From contig CAYFIW010000003.1 in the NCBI GenBank assembly GCA_964343265.1, forward strand, positions 9,688 through 73,687: DNA of 64,000 nucleotides. Reading direction: 5' to 3'. Below are positions 20,486-30,428 of this stretch, piece after piece. The translations under genes were made by a program, and so were the position numbers. Under the pieces are notes generated by a model. The model had not been told where the DNA came from. It saw only the letters and a list, made by a program, of their open reading frames with translations, and made no database searches. The stretch's first letter is position 1, and every line of letters starts with the position of its first letter. Source of the stretch: an uncultured Dehalococcoidia bacterium. GTDB taxonomy: Bacteria > Chloroflexota > Dehalococcoidia > Lucifugimonadales > UBA826.

Positions 20486-21699
20486 TTAAGGTCTATTAAA
20501 GTCTTGGCAAGTTCAATCTGCTCTTCTCTACTTAAGGTGTCACCATCGAGCAAAGAAGAGTGGATTGAACGCAGAATCTGTCCTGTTTGTGGACCTGGTC
20601 CAATTCCTAAATTAAAAATATCATTCCCGTCAATTGAAAGCCGGACATGTTTCAAGTTATCTCTATATAAATCCACGTGATCTGAAATATATCCTTTATG
20701 AAATAAACTGGCCGAAGCTAACGCAAATTCAGAACATTGAGACAGAGTATTGTACACATCTGAAGCTTTGAAATTTGGTTTCATATCTTCTATGAAGCCT
20801 AGATCTTCTATAGCATTAGATACAGAAGAGTTAAAGGACATCCTTTCGCTAAATTTTCCCCGTTCCTCCAAAGACTTCAGTGATAATGCCATAAGTAAGA
20901 ATCCAATCACATCTCTATCATTTTGCGGAAGGAACTCACGAGTTAAACAATCCCAGTCTATAAGTGACATGTCGAGACTTTCACAGATACACCTCATCAC
21001 ACCCCAGCTATCCAACAATCCAATAACTTTCCCAGGATCTGTTTCCCAAAATATCTTGGAGAGTTCATTTGAAATACGCACACCACTTAGATTTCTTAAA
21101 GATTTAAGAGATCCCGAAATGAGATTTTGAGTCTCCAAATTCAGAACAAAATCCAACCTCGCCATATATCTCGCTGCTCTAAATATTCTAGTAGGATCAT
21201 CCATAAAGCTATTTGAATGAATTACCCTAATAGTCTTCGACTTAAGATCGGATATTGAATCAAAAGCATCAACCACCTCACCCCAATTTTCAGGACTTAA
21301 TGAAACTGCAATCGAATTAATTGTAAAGTCCCTTCTAGACAAATCATTGCCTATATCCGAAGGCCGAACTTCAGGTAACATTCCTGGCTCTGAGTAGACC
21401 TCCGACCTAGCCATTGCCACATCGATTAATTCATCGTGAATGTTAAGTTTAACCGTCCCAAATTCAGAAGAGGATACTAAGAGAGAATCTTTAAGTTCTA
21501 GAGTTTTTAACAATTTTTCTGGTCTGCATTCTACAGATATGTCAATATCGCTAACAGGCCTCCCGAGTATTAAGTCTCTTACTGAACCTCCAACTAAAAA
21601 TGCCTCTACACCCAAAGATTGAGCGGCAGTCCCAATAGATCTCGCGGCAGATTGTTGCTTGGAATTTAATAAATTATCTAAAAGGTTTGATATGTTCAT
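20482..21699 (-). CDS. CCA-adding tRNA nucleotidyltransferase / poly(A) polymerase family
   Basis: 405 aa. GGSVRDLILGRPVSDIDI nucleotidyltransferase motif and RRDFTINS motif. Confidence 0.82.
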   Translation of the reverse strand: MNISNLLDNLLNSKQQSAARSIGTAAQSLGVEAFLVGGSVRDLILGRPVSDIDISVECRPEKLLKTLELKDSLLVSSSEFGTVKLNIHDELIDVAMARSEVYSEPGMLPEVRPSDIGNDLSRRDFTINSIAVSLSPENWGEVVDAFDSISDLKSKTIRVIHSNSFMDDPTRIFRAARYMARLDFVLNLETQNLISGSLKSLRNLSGVRISNELSKIFWETDPGKVIGLLDSWGVMRCICESLDMSLIDWDCLTREFLPQNDRDVIGFLLMALSLKSLEERGKFSERMSFNSSVSNAIEDLGFIEDMKPNFKASDVYNTLSQCSEFALASASLFHKGYISDHVDLYRDNLKHVRLSIDGNDIFNLGIGPGPQTGQILRSIHSSLLDGDTLSREEQIELAKTLIDLN

Positions 21700-21841
21700 A
21701 TTTAGTATACAAATCGAAAAAATTCTAGAGTGTAATCACTGATAATTGATTATACAATTCCACACAGTTTCACCAGTCATGACTTCTGTACGATTTATAT
21801 TTATTTTACCCATAACTTAAATTCTTTAAGGAGGCCTCAAT

Positions 21842-22339
21842 TTGCAAGGCATACTTTACTGCGTCATTTGTGGAAACAAATTGGTACAACAACATGTAAA
21901 AAATGATTTACGGCCATATTGTTCCCACTGTGACAAAATTGTCTACGTTGACCCAAAAGTAGCCGTTGTAATATTAATCATAAAAAACAATTCCATTCTA
22001 TTAGTTAAACGAGACATAGAGCCACATTTCGGTAAATGGAGCTTTCCTTCTGGATATGTAGACCAAGGAGAAATGGTGGAAAATGCAGCAATTAGAGAGG
22101 TAAATGAAGAAACGAATCTAGATATTAGATTGGATAGCCTACAAGGAGTATATTCTGGAAATGGTCCTGTCGTACTGATCGTATATCAGGCAAGCCCGAT
22201 TTCCTCAAAAGCATCAAAGGGGGAAGAGGTTAGCGCTGTAGGTTGGTTCGATTTAGACGACTTACCTAAACTTCCTTTTAACCACGATAGCCAGATCCTC
22301 GAAGATCTAAATAACAACCTGAAAATTAATCGCTTTTAA
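21842..22339 (+). CDS. Nudix hydrolase with N-terminal zinc ribbon
   Basis: CVICG...CSHCDK ribbon followed by Nudix box GYVDQGEMVENAAIREVNEETNL. AAGGAGG Shine-Dalgarno before the TTG start. Confidence 0.8.
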   Translation: MQGILYCVICGNKLVQQHVKNDLRPYCSHCDKIVYVDPKVAVVILIIKNNSILLVKRDIEPHFGKWSFPSGYVDQGEMVENAAIREVNEETNLDIRLDSLQGVYSGNGPVVLIVYQASPISSKASKGEEVSAVGWFDLDDLPKLPFNHDSQILEDLNNNLKINRF

Positions 22340-22356
22340 AATACCAACTTATATTA

Positions 22357-22713
22357 CTAGTCTGTTGATCCTTCCCAAACCCTTTTAAATACACCATATT
22401 TCGGACCATCTTCATGATTGGATAACGGAGTGATATTTACCAATTCCCAGCCTTTATCACCCATCCTTTTAAGAAGGCTAGTTGTATAACTTAGACCTCC
22501 TTCTTCAGTGTCAGACTTTAATTTCACAACATCATACTCCCAGGTTGAAATATCCGCCGGCAAATGAAAGTCATCTACATATTCAAGTTGTTGTAATTCT
22601 TCTTCAGTAACTTCTGCCCATGAATCTTCTGGAAGATCTGCTTGGCATTCATCACATTTCGTAGCTGGTCCCAATGAATACCCACCGCATTCAGGGCAAA
22701 AAAATATTTTCAT
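22357..22713 (-). CDS. zinc-ribbon + DUF4177-like small protein
   Basis: 118 aa. CPECGG...CDECQ ribbon. The C-terminal half (WEYDVVKL...MGDKGWELV) resembles DUF4177. Confidence 0.5.
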   Translation of the reverse strand: MKIFFCPECGGYSLGPATKCDECQADLPEDSWAEVTEEELQQLEYVDDFHLPADISTWEYDVVKLKSDTEEGGLSYTTSLLKRMGDKGWELVNITPLSNHEDGPKYGVFKRVWEGSTD

Positions 22714-22863
22714 AAATTTTCAACTCATATAAAGCAAAATTATTATCAAATAACAAATCGAAGTAACCTATTTAACTGAAAAATGAAAAACCTAAGAAGA
22801 TACTTGCGAGATTATAGAGGAGAACAAGAACTATTGCAGTAAAAATCTGTCACTGGTCACTAA

Positions 22864-24684
22864 TTACTTTGAAAGAGGTGAATCCATAACAGAGTAATTC
22901 ATGTTGTACAAATGGCTATACAATCCATCTTTTTCCATCAATTCATCATGATTGCCAGTCTCAACGATCGTACCACTCTCAAGAACTACGATTTTGTCTG
23001 CTCCCCGAATCGTTGACAGCCTATGTGCGATTACAATAGCAGTTCTACCGTCAAGCAAATTTTTCAATGCTTTCTGTATGAGAATCTCTGTATGACTGTC
23101 TATATTAGCCGTAGCTTCATCCAAAATTAAAATTCGTGGATCAGCTACAATCGCTCTTGCGAAGCTAAGTAGCTGTCTTTGGCCCAAGCTCAAATTAGCT
23201 CCTCTTTCAGATAAATAAGTGTCATACCCATTTTCAAGATTCGCGATAAATTCATGGGCACCAACCGCTTTCGCGGCTGTAATCATCTGTTCATCAGAAG
23301 AATCCCTATGGTTATATTTTATATTTTCTCTAACTGTACCCGAGAAAAGGAACGGATCTTGTAAAACAGTACTCATCTGGCTAACTAACGACTTTCTAGT
23401 TACAGTTCTTATGTCTTTTCCATCTACAAGAACTGCTCCATTGCCCTCTTCAACTTCGTAAAATCGTGACAACAATGACACTATGCTAGTTTTTCCTGCA
23501 CCTGTTGGGCCAACAACAGCTATAGTCTGGCCTGGCTCAACTGTAAGATTTATACCCTTTAAGACCACCTCATTTTCTACATAGCTAAATCTAACGTCTT
23601 TAAATTCGATCTTTCCTTCTATGGGGGGCATCTCACCCGCATCATCAACATCATTCATATCAGGTATTCTGTCCATAAGATCGAAAATACGAGAACCCGA
23701 AGCCATAGATCTTTGCAGCTGCGTATATTGCTGAGTCAGATTTCTTATTGGGTCAAAGAACCGCTGTACATACATTACAAACGCTACCAGAACACCTATT
23801 TCCAATGAGTTATCGTCAACCATGCCCGCTCCAAAAAATATAGCCAAAGAGATCCCAATCGCAGTGAGTATATCTACTCCAGGCAACAGACCAGCAGCAT
23901 AGCTGGCCGCGGTCAAATTAGCTTTTTTATGGGATTCGTTTTTCTCGTCAAAAATCTCTAAATTCCTGCTTTGTCTATTTAAACTTTGAACAACCCTGAC
24001 CCCAGAAATATTCTCATTAAAAGCAGCGTTAACTATAGAAATCCTCAATCTAACCTGTATGAATGCCAATTTGGCATATCTTTGCCAAACAACCATAATC
24101 ACTATCAGGATCGGAAGTACCGCCATAGTTATAAGGCCTAACTTCAGGTTTAACAAAAGAAGAGCAATCACTATGCCTACTATACTTAATAGGTCACCAA
24201 GACTCATAACAACCAGAGCGGCGAATTCCTGTAGCTGGCCCACATCGCCCTGGACTCTTGACATCAATCGACCAACCTCGGTTCTATCAAAATATCTCAT
24301 AGATTGCTTTTGAACATGGCTAAATAATGCCCTCCGCAATCTCCAAAGGACCCCCTGACCGACTTTCTGCATACTTTGTTGTTGTAGATAATTCGTACCC
24401 CAATTAACAAAACAAACACCAAGAAATAAGAGAAATACCCATCTCAATCCATCCCAATCACCTGTTCGTATAAAATCATCTATACCCCACGCAATCAACC
24501 AGGGAACAGCGACCAGAGTTAGAGTATAAATAAACATCGAAACCCCAGAAACCACGACAAGTTTCATAAAAGGTCGCACATATGGAAATAGCCTAAGGAT
24601 TACCCTTTGATCATAAGCAGACCCAAAAACTTCCTCATCTGCCTGACCACGTGATGCTGACATTCCTCCAAGCCCTAAATTCAT
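22864..24684 (-). CDS. ABC exporter, fused permease/ATPase, half with consensus catalytic residues
   Basis: 606 aa. Walker A GPTGAGKTS, Walker B ILILDEATANID, H-loop IAHRLST, but a degenerate signature LSLGQRQ. Confidence 0.9.
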   Translation of the reverse strand: MNLGLGGMSASRGQADEEVFGSAYDQRVILRLFPYVRPFMKLVVVSGVSMFIYTLTLVAVPWLIAWGIDDFIRTGDWDGLRWVFLLFLGVCFVNWGTNYLQQQSMQKVGQGVLWRLRRALFSHVQKQSMRYFDRTEVGRLMSRVQGDVGQLQEFAALVVMSLGDLLSIVGIVIALLLLNLKLGLITMAVLPILIVIMVVWQRYAKLAFIQVRLRISIVNAAFNENISGVRVVQSLNRQSRNLEIFDEKNESHKKANLTAASYAAGLLPGVDILTAIGISLAIFFGAGMVDDNSLEIGVLVAFVMYVQRFFDPIRNLTQQYTQLQRSMASGSRIFDLMDRIPDMNDVDDAGEMPPIEGKIEFKDVRFSYVENEVVLKGINLTVEPGQTIAVVGPTGAGKTSIVSLLSRFYEVEEGNGAVLVDGKDIRTVTRKSLVSQMSTVLQDPFLFSGTVRENIKYNHRDSSDEQMITAAKAVGAHEFIANLENGYDTYLSERGANLSLGQRQLLSFARAIVADPRILILDEATANIDSHTEILIQKALKNLLDGRTAIVIAHRLSTIRGADKIVVLESGTIVETGNHDELMEKDGLYSHLYNMNYSVMDSPLSK

Positions 24685-26483
24685 GTGCTTTGCACTCCCC
24701 TTGCACTTTTTACATCTATTTCTCTCATAACTTCATCCTGGGGTCGCAATTGTAATTCATATATCTCTCTATATTTACCTTCATTCATCAAAAGCTCTTC
24801 GTGCGTCCCTTCCTCTATTATTCGGCCTTGATCTAAGACAATTATTTTATCTGCGCTGTGTACGGTGCTTAGACGATTAGCTATGACGAAGGTTGTACGT
24901 CCAGCCATTACTGATTCCATGGCTTGTTTGATTTCATCCTCTGTTTGAGCATCGACGCTGGAAGTAGAGTCATCAAGAATTAGTAAAGGAGGATCAAGCA
25001 AAACTGCTCTCGCAATCGACATCCTCTGCCTCTGCCCTCCTGAAAGAGTCGAACCTCTCTCGCCAATGTATGTGTCGTACCCATCGTCTAGAGAATCTAT
25101 GAATTCATCCATGCGCGCTACTGAAGCTGCCTGCTCTATTTCTTGTTGAGACGCACTTTCCATTCCATAGCATATGTTCTCTCTTAAAGTAGTCGTAAAA
25201 AGAAAGACATCTTGTTGGACCATACCTATATTTTCTCTTAGCGACTTAAGATCAAAATCTCTAATATCATCTCCGTCCAACAACACTTTCCCGGATGTAA
25301 CGTCATAAAACCTGGGCAAAAGATTCACTAGAGTAGACTTTCCACTGCCAGGAGCCCCCAAAAGTGCAATGACTTCCCCTGGTTTAGCTTCTATGTTTAT
25401 ATTATCCAGCACTGGTGAGCCCTGATTACCGTCGTATGAAAACGAAACGTTTTCAAAAACCACTTTACCTTTTCTGCGAGACATGATTTTAGGATTATCT
25501 TTCTCACAGACTGGAGATTCAGAATCCAGGATTTCAAACATCCGCTCTCCCGCAGAAGCGGCCCTGGCATACGAATTTACAACCCAGCCAGCCATACGGA
25601 CTGGCAAAGCTAAAATCTGAAGGTAAAAAACAAATTGCGCTAGTTCACCGGGGGTGATATTTCCATCAATAACCTGTTTTCCACCGAATAGCAACACTAA
25701 AGCTAAAGTGACCAAAAACGTAAAAAGCATAAACGACATGCTCGAAGCTCGTAGCTGTTCCGCTTTTATAAAACTGTCAGCCACTTCAGTACTCTTACCA
25801 TCGAAGCGAGACTCTTCGTGATCCTCAGATGCGAAAGCTTTCACTACACGCATTCCTGAGAAATTTTCCTGCAATATTATGCTCAACTCAGCCATTTTTT
25901 GTTGGGATACAAGCCACAAATTCCTCATTCTTAGCCGAACATGACTGGTATAAAAAGCAACAATTGGCATGAATCCTGCGCTTATCAATCCGAGTTGCCA
26001 ATTGATCGAAGTTAATATCACTGCCACTATCAAAAATAGAGAGATAAAATATGGTGCCCTTACTACTCCCATATTTATGAACATCCGAATATTTTCAACA
26101 TCCGTTATCGCCCGAGACATTAAACTACCCGTATGGTGTTTGTCATGAAAGGCAAAACTTTGATGCTGTACATTGTCATAGAAATCATTCCTTAGATCAT
26201 AAGAAACGTATTGTGAAAGTGACTCAGCAAGATAGGTTTGACCATAGGATAGCACCCCGCGCATGAGGCTAAGTACTATAATTATCACGATACTACTCAC
26301 AAGTAGATCGTTATTGACAGACTCCCCTTTCTCAAGCGGTATGGCAATAGCATCGATAGCCTTCCCGAAATATCTCGGTAGGAACACATAAGATGCAACT
26401 GCACCTGCCGTACACAGGTAAGCTACTATCAATCTCATTCTATGACGAAGGGCATAGCCTATAATTCTAGCAATGTGTTCCAT
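24681..26483 (-). CDS. ABC exporter, fused permease/ATPase, half with degenerate catalytic residues
   Basis: 600 aa. Walker A GAPGSGKST and canonical signature LSGGQRQR. Walker B is LLILDDSTSSVD (catalytic Glu replaced by Asp) and the H-loop is IANRLST (His replaced by Asn). 4-nt overlap with the downstream partner. Confidence 0.9.
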   Translation of the reverse strand: MEHIARIIGYALRHRMRLIVAYLCTAGAVASYVFLPRYFGKAIDAIAIPLEKGESVNNDLLVSSIVIIIVLSLMRGVLSYGQTYLAESLSQYVSYDLRNDFYDNVQHQSFAFHDKHHTGSLMSRAITDVENIRMFINMGVVRAPYFISLFLIVAVILTSINWQLGLISAGFMPIVAFYTSHVRLRMRNLWLVSQQKMAELSIILQENFSGMRVVKAFASEDHEESRFDGKSTEVADSFIKAEQLRASSMSFMLFTFLVTLALVLLFGGKQVIDGNITPGELAQFVFYLQILALPVRMAGWVVNSYARAASAGERMFEILDSESPVCEKDNPKIMSRRKGKVVFENVSFSYDGNQGSPVLDNINIEAKPGEVIALLGAPGSGKSTLVNLLPRFYDVTSGKVLLDGDDIRDFDLKSLRENIGMVQQDVFLFTTTLRENICYGMESASQQEIEQAASVARMDEFIDSLDDGYDTYIGERGSTLSGGQRQRMSIARAVLLDPPLLILDDSTSSVDAQTEDEIKQAMESVMAGRTTFVIANRLSTVHSADKIIVLDQGRIIEEGTHEELLMNEGKYREIYELQLRPQDEVMREIDVKSARGVQST

Positions 26484-26780
26484 GTATCTTGCTCAGACAA
26501 CTCCTATCAAAATCGCGCACAAGTCATCTATACAACAGTAAATCCGGGTACTAACCATATATTTACCCGACTGAAAACTCTCAAATGCACGACAGACAAT
26601 ACTATCTCCAAACCCAATGCATAAAGCAAGTAGTTTGATGATAAATTCTTAATCTTTTGTTCATGTATTAAACTACAGAGTTTTACTCTGATGAAGAAGA
26701 AACCCCCTACAACAGATATATCATGTGGTAATTTAAATAGGCTTGGCAATCCTCATAATCACCGTGTTAAAAGGCCATTC

Positions 26781-27407
26781 ATGAAGTTCAAAAATCTTTA
26801 TTTATGTCGTGAAATGCTTCAAATCGATCTAGAGCAGGTCTCGGCTATAGAAAAGGATGCTTTCCCAGATCTATTTCCACCGACCTCATTTATTAAAGAG
26901 TTAAAAAAAACGAGGTCTACCGCATTAGTTGCTGAAATGAACAATCTTCATCCAGACTATGATAGTCAATTGCCAACTACAGAAAGCAGCCTTAAAAAAA
27001 AACGAAACACTTATAGAGGCGGATATACAGGTTGGCAAAAAGGACAAAATTTCATAGCAGGATACGCCATAGTCTGGGACATGGTAGACGTAGCACACAT
27101 CATATCAATCGCCGTTAGAAGGAATATGAGGAGAAGAGGAATAGGAGAATTGCTTCTACTCAATGTTATTAGTACTTCAAGAGAAAAAGGAATGTCCAGT
27201 GTCACCTTAGAAGTTAGAAATTCTAACCTTCCAGCACAATCCTTATACGAGAAATTCAATTTTAGAGTGGAAGGAATCCGGAAGCATTATTACACGGACA
27301 ATAGGGAGGATGCCCTAATAATGACTACGGACAATCTAACATCGATGAGCCATCGTGAACAACAAATCCTCAGATCGAGATCAGAGCACAAATACGGCCA
27401 GACATAA
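26781..27407 (+). CDS. rimI: GNAT acetyltransferase, RimI-like (ribosomal-protein-alanine N-acetyltransferase)
   Basis: AcCoA motif RRRGIGELLL and a LEVRNSNLPAQSLYEKFNF segment. I prefer the Met at 26781 (AAGG about 6 nt upstream) to the track start at 26691. Contains an insertion of about 35 aa relative to typical RimI. Confidence 0.68.
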   Translation: MKFKNLYLCREMLQIDLEQVSAIEKDAFPDLFPPTSFIKELKKTRSTALVAEMNNLHPDYDSQLPTTESSLKKKRNTYRGGYTGWQKGQNFIAGYAIVWDMVDVAHIISIAVRRNMRRRGIGELLLLNVISTSREKGMSSVTLEVRNSNLPAQSLYEKFNFRVEGIRKHYYTDNREDALIMTTDNLTSMSHREQQILRSRSEHKYGQT

Positions 27408-27429
27408 TGAATAGGAAAAAAATACCATT

Positions 27430-27459
27430 TTTGCCCGGCAACTTTTATACGTGTTATAA
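27430..27459 (+). promoter_or_regulatory. sigma70-type promoter candidate for rpsB-tsf
   Basis: TTGCCC, about 18 nt spacer, then TGT-TATAAT (extended -10), about 90 nt upstream of the rpsB start. Confidence 0.5.
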
Positions 27460-27545
27460 TCCTTCGGCGCTTTTCAGATTCGGAAAGCGACTGAATGGCG
27501 ACACAATATACTCACAAAAACAAGCTTATTTCGGAAGGATTCATT

Positions 27546-28496
27546 ATGGTGCAGGACGTGGTCCAAGCGGAAGCCTCAGAGTCTCAAGATGATCGAAGAA
27601 TAACTATGAAATCTCTGCTAGAAGCAGGAGTTCATTTTGGACATCAGAAAAGACGATGGAACCCAAAAATGGATGAATTTATATTCGCACATAGAAATGG
27701 AATCCATATAATCGATCTTGCTAAAACTCTTGGGAAAATTGAAGAAGCGGCTGAATTTCTGACAACGGTCGCCGCGGAAGGGAAAAAAATACTCTTCGTT
27801 GGAACAAAAAAACAGGCACAAGACACCATAGAAGCCGAAGCGGAAAGAAGTAACTCATTATATATTTCCAATAGGTGGCTTGGTGGAACACTAACAAATT
27901 TTAGAACCATACAGTCCAGAATTGATCATCTCGTAGATTTGGAAACTCGCCGTGAAAGTGGTGAATTCAATCAATTAACTAAGAAAGAGTCTCTTGGGTA
28001 CGACGAGCAAATCCGCAGACTGAATCGGAATTTGTCTGGTATCAAAGAAATGACCGAGATGCCTGGTGCCCTATTTATTATAGATATTGGTAAAGAGGAA
28101 ATTGCTGTTAACGAGGCGATAAGAGTTGGAATACCGATCGTAGCGTTAGTGGATTCCGATTGTAACCCAGAACTAATAGACCACCCAGTGCCTGGTAACG
28201 ACGATGCGATCAGATCCATCCGGCTAATTACAGGTAGGATGTCTGATGCGATTATAGAGGGCCAAAACCAGAGACTGGCTGACCAGACTGACACCGGTGA
28301 AAGTACATCCCAAGGCGGATCATCCCCTCGCATGGTGACATATTCCACAGTCACTTTAGAAGACTCGGAAACACAAGATGACGAAGAAACAGAAGATTCA
28401 GAAGACGTTACTTCAATAACGGATGAACCTTCTAATGAATCAAGCAGTGGGCAAATTGAAGAAAATGATCAGGATGAGACAACCACTAAAGAGTAA
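27546..28496 (+). CDS. rpsB: 30S ribosomal protein S2 with acidic C-terminal tail
   Basis: [19 protein letters not shown] signature. The ATG at 27546 has GGAAGGA about 7 nt upstream, so the ORF-track start at 27495 is probably too early. Confidence 0.93.
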   Translation: MVQDVVQAEASESQDDRRITMKSLLEAGVHFGHQKRRWNPKMDEFIFAHRNGIHIIDLAKTLGKIEEAAEFLTTVAAEGKKILFVGTKKQAQDTIEAEAERSNSLYISNRWLGGTLTNFRTIQSRIDHLVDLETRRESGEFNQLTKKESLGYDEQIRRLNRNLSGIKEMTEMPGALFIIDIGKEEIAVNEAIRVGIPIVALVDSDCNPELIDHPVPGNDDAIRSIRLITGRMSDAIIEGQNQRLADQTDTGESTSQGGSSPRMVTYSTVTLEDSETQDDEETEDSEDVTSITDEPSNESSSGQIEENDQDETTTKE

Positions 28497-28552
28497 TTCT
28501 TTAAATGCCTTCTGATTGTGGCAATCCTATATAAAACAAATCAGGTGTAAGA

Positions 28553-29041
28553 TTGGCAACTAATACTGAACTGATAAAACAACTTAGAGAATTGACAAGT
28601 GCAGGCGTTATGGACTGCAAACGAGCTTTGGAAGAAAGCGATGGAGACGTATCGAAAGCGGAAAAGCTCCTTAAGGATCAAGGCATAGCATCAGCAGCTA
28701 AAAAGGCATCCAGAGAAACCGACCAAGGGGTAATCGAAACATACGTACACAGTGGTGGCAGAATAGCAGCTATAGTGGAGGTCAATTGTGAGACTGATTT
28801 CGTCGCACGCACTGATGAATTCTCATCTCTGGCGCACGACATCGCGATGCAAATCGCCGCTATGGATCCCGCTACAGTGGGAGGAGATGAACCAGAAGCA
28901 AACCCAGAAGAGTCTCTATTGCTTCAACCATTCATCAAAGATCCGTCGAAAAGTATTCAAGACCTTATAAATGAAACTGTTGGGAAGCTGGGTGAAAACA
29001 TTCGAGTGCGAAGATTTCAAAGATTCTCTCTGGGAGAGTAA
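28553..29041 (+). CDS. tsf: elongation factor Ts (short form, 162 aa)
   Basis: N-terminal UBA-like LRELTSAGVMDCKRALEESDGDVSKAEKLL, then a VEVNCETDFVAR core. Position between rpsB and pyrH. Confidence 0.87.
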   Translation: MATNTELIKQLRELTSAGVMDCKRALEESDGDVSKAEKLLKDQGIASAAKKASRETDQGVIETYVHSGGRIAAIVEVNCETDFVARTDEFSSLAHDIAMQIAAMDPATVGGDEPEANPEESLLLQPFIKDPSKSIQDLINETVGKLGENIRVRRFQRFSLGE

Positions 29042-29050
29042 TTTAAAATA

Positions 29051-29788
29051 ATGTCTGAGGTCCGCTTTAAACGTGTACTCCTCAAACTGAGCGGCGAATC
29101 TTTAAAGGGGACCAGGTCGCATGGTATAGATCCGGATTCCCTCGATTACATGGCTGGCGAAATAAAATCCGTGATTAATATGGGTGTCGAACTAGGAATA
29201 GTAGTAGGTGGAGGGAACATTTGGAGAGGATCAGAAGCTGAGCTCGAAGGTATGGATCGAGCGAGTGCTGACTATGCAGGAATGTTGGCAACAGTGATTA
29301 GTGCTTTAGCACTGCAAGAATCTATGGAAAGAAAACATAAGCTTGATACTAGAACTCTGAGCGCTATAAACATTCAACAAGTGGCAGAACCATACATAAG
29401 AAGAAGAGCAATACGTCACCTTGAGAAAGGAAGAGTAGTTTTATTTGCTGCTGGCACAGGAAACCCATTTGTTACGACTGACACAGGTTCTGCTCTTAGA
29501 GCTCTCGAAATAGATGCTAATGTACTCCTAATGGCTAAAAATGACGTGGACGGAGTATATGACAAAGACCCCAAAACGAATAAGGACGCAAAAAGATTCG
29601 ATCATATTACGTATCTGGATGCGATAGAACGAAGACTCAGAGTAATGGACACTACCGCATTATCATTGTGTATGGAACATGATGTTCCAATAGTTGTGTT
29701 TGATCTGTTTGACGAAGGTAATTTGGCAAAAATTGTCAAAGGTGAAACTATTGGCACCTTGGTCTCCGACAATAATCCTAAAGAATGA
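29051..29788 (+). CDS. pyrH: UMP kinase
   Basis: [13 protein letters not shown]-terminus, GGGNIWRG motif. 245 aa. Confidence 0.95.
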   Translation: MSEVRFKRVLLKLSGESLKGTRSHGIDPDSLDYMAGEIKSVINMGVELGIVVGGGNIWRGSEAELEGMDRASADYAGMLATVISALALQESMERKHKLDTRTLSAINIQQVAEPYIRRRAIRHLEKGRVVLFAAGTGNPFVTTDTGSALRALEIDANVLLMAKNDVDGVYDKDPKTNKDAKRFDHITYLDAIERRLRVMDTTALSLCMEHDVPIVVFDLFDEGNLAKIVKGETIGTLVSDNNPKE

Positions 29789-29814
29789 AAATTTAACTCT
29801 GGAGAATCATCGCA

Positions 29815-30378
29815 ATGACTATCGTAATTGAAATAATTGATGACACAAAGGAACGTATGCAGAAAAGTGTAGACGCGCTAAACAGAGATTTAAGCGCGGT
29901 AAGAACTGGCAGAGCATCTACCGGATTGATCGAGAACATAACAGTAGACTATTACGGCACACCAACTCCACTTGGCCAACTGTCATCAATCACAGTGCCA
30001 GAAGCTAGGACTATAGTTATACAACCTTGGGACAAAGACTCACTAGGTGAGATAGAAAAAAGCATTTCGCAATCTCAAACAGGTTTAGTTCCTAACAATG
30101 ACGGATCCATAATAAGGATTTCTGTCCCTGAACTTACTGAGGAAAGAAGACGAGAAATGGTTAAGATGGTAGGTGGTATGGTGGAGCAAGGCCATGTTTC
30201 AGTAAGAAACATCCGCAGAGATAGTCTAGAATCTTTTCGCACATTAGAAAAAGATAAAGATATTTCACAAGATGAAAGTCGAAAAGCTCAGGAAGATCTT
30301 CAAAAAGTGACAGATACTTTCATAGCCAAAATGGACGGTTTGAAGTCAGATAAAGAAAAAGAAGTTATGGAAGTTTAA
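29815..30378 (+). CDS. frr: ribosome recycling factor
   Basis: 187 aa. LSAVRTGRAS and PELTEERRREM motifs. Synteny. Confidence 0.95.
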   Translation: MTIVIEIIDDTKERMQKSVDALNRDLSAVRTGRASTGLIENITVDYYGTPTPLGQLSSITVPEARTIVIQPWDKDSLGEIEKSISQSQTGLVPNNDGSIIRISVPELTEERRREMVKMVGGMVEQGHVSVRNIRRDSLESFRTLEKDKDISQDESRKAQEDLQKVTDTFIAKMDGLKSDKEKEVMEV

Positions 30379-30428
30379 TCCACCACCTCGGGAAATATCC
30401 CACTGATGACGTGGACATAAAATAAAAA

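Noticed and set aside
27495-27545. ORF-track N-terminal extensions: rpsB 27495, dxr 31977, gatB 47446, cysS 51917, ATCase-like 45015, rimI 26691, tal 6720.
   Set aside because: The conserved family N-termini begin at downstream Met codons that have Shine-Dalgarno-like sequences or create typical ATGA overlaps. The longer versions add non-conserved residues and overlap neighbouring genes.
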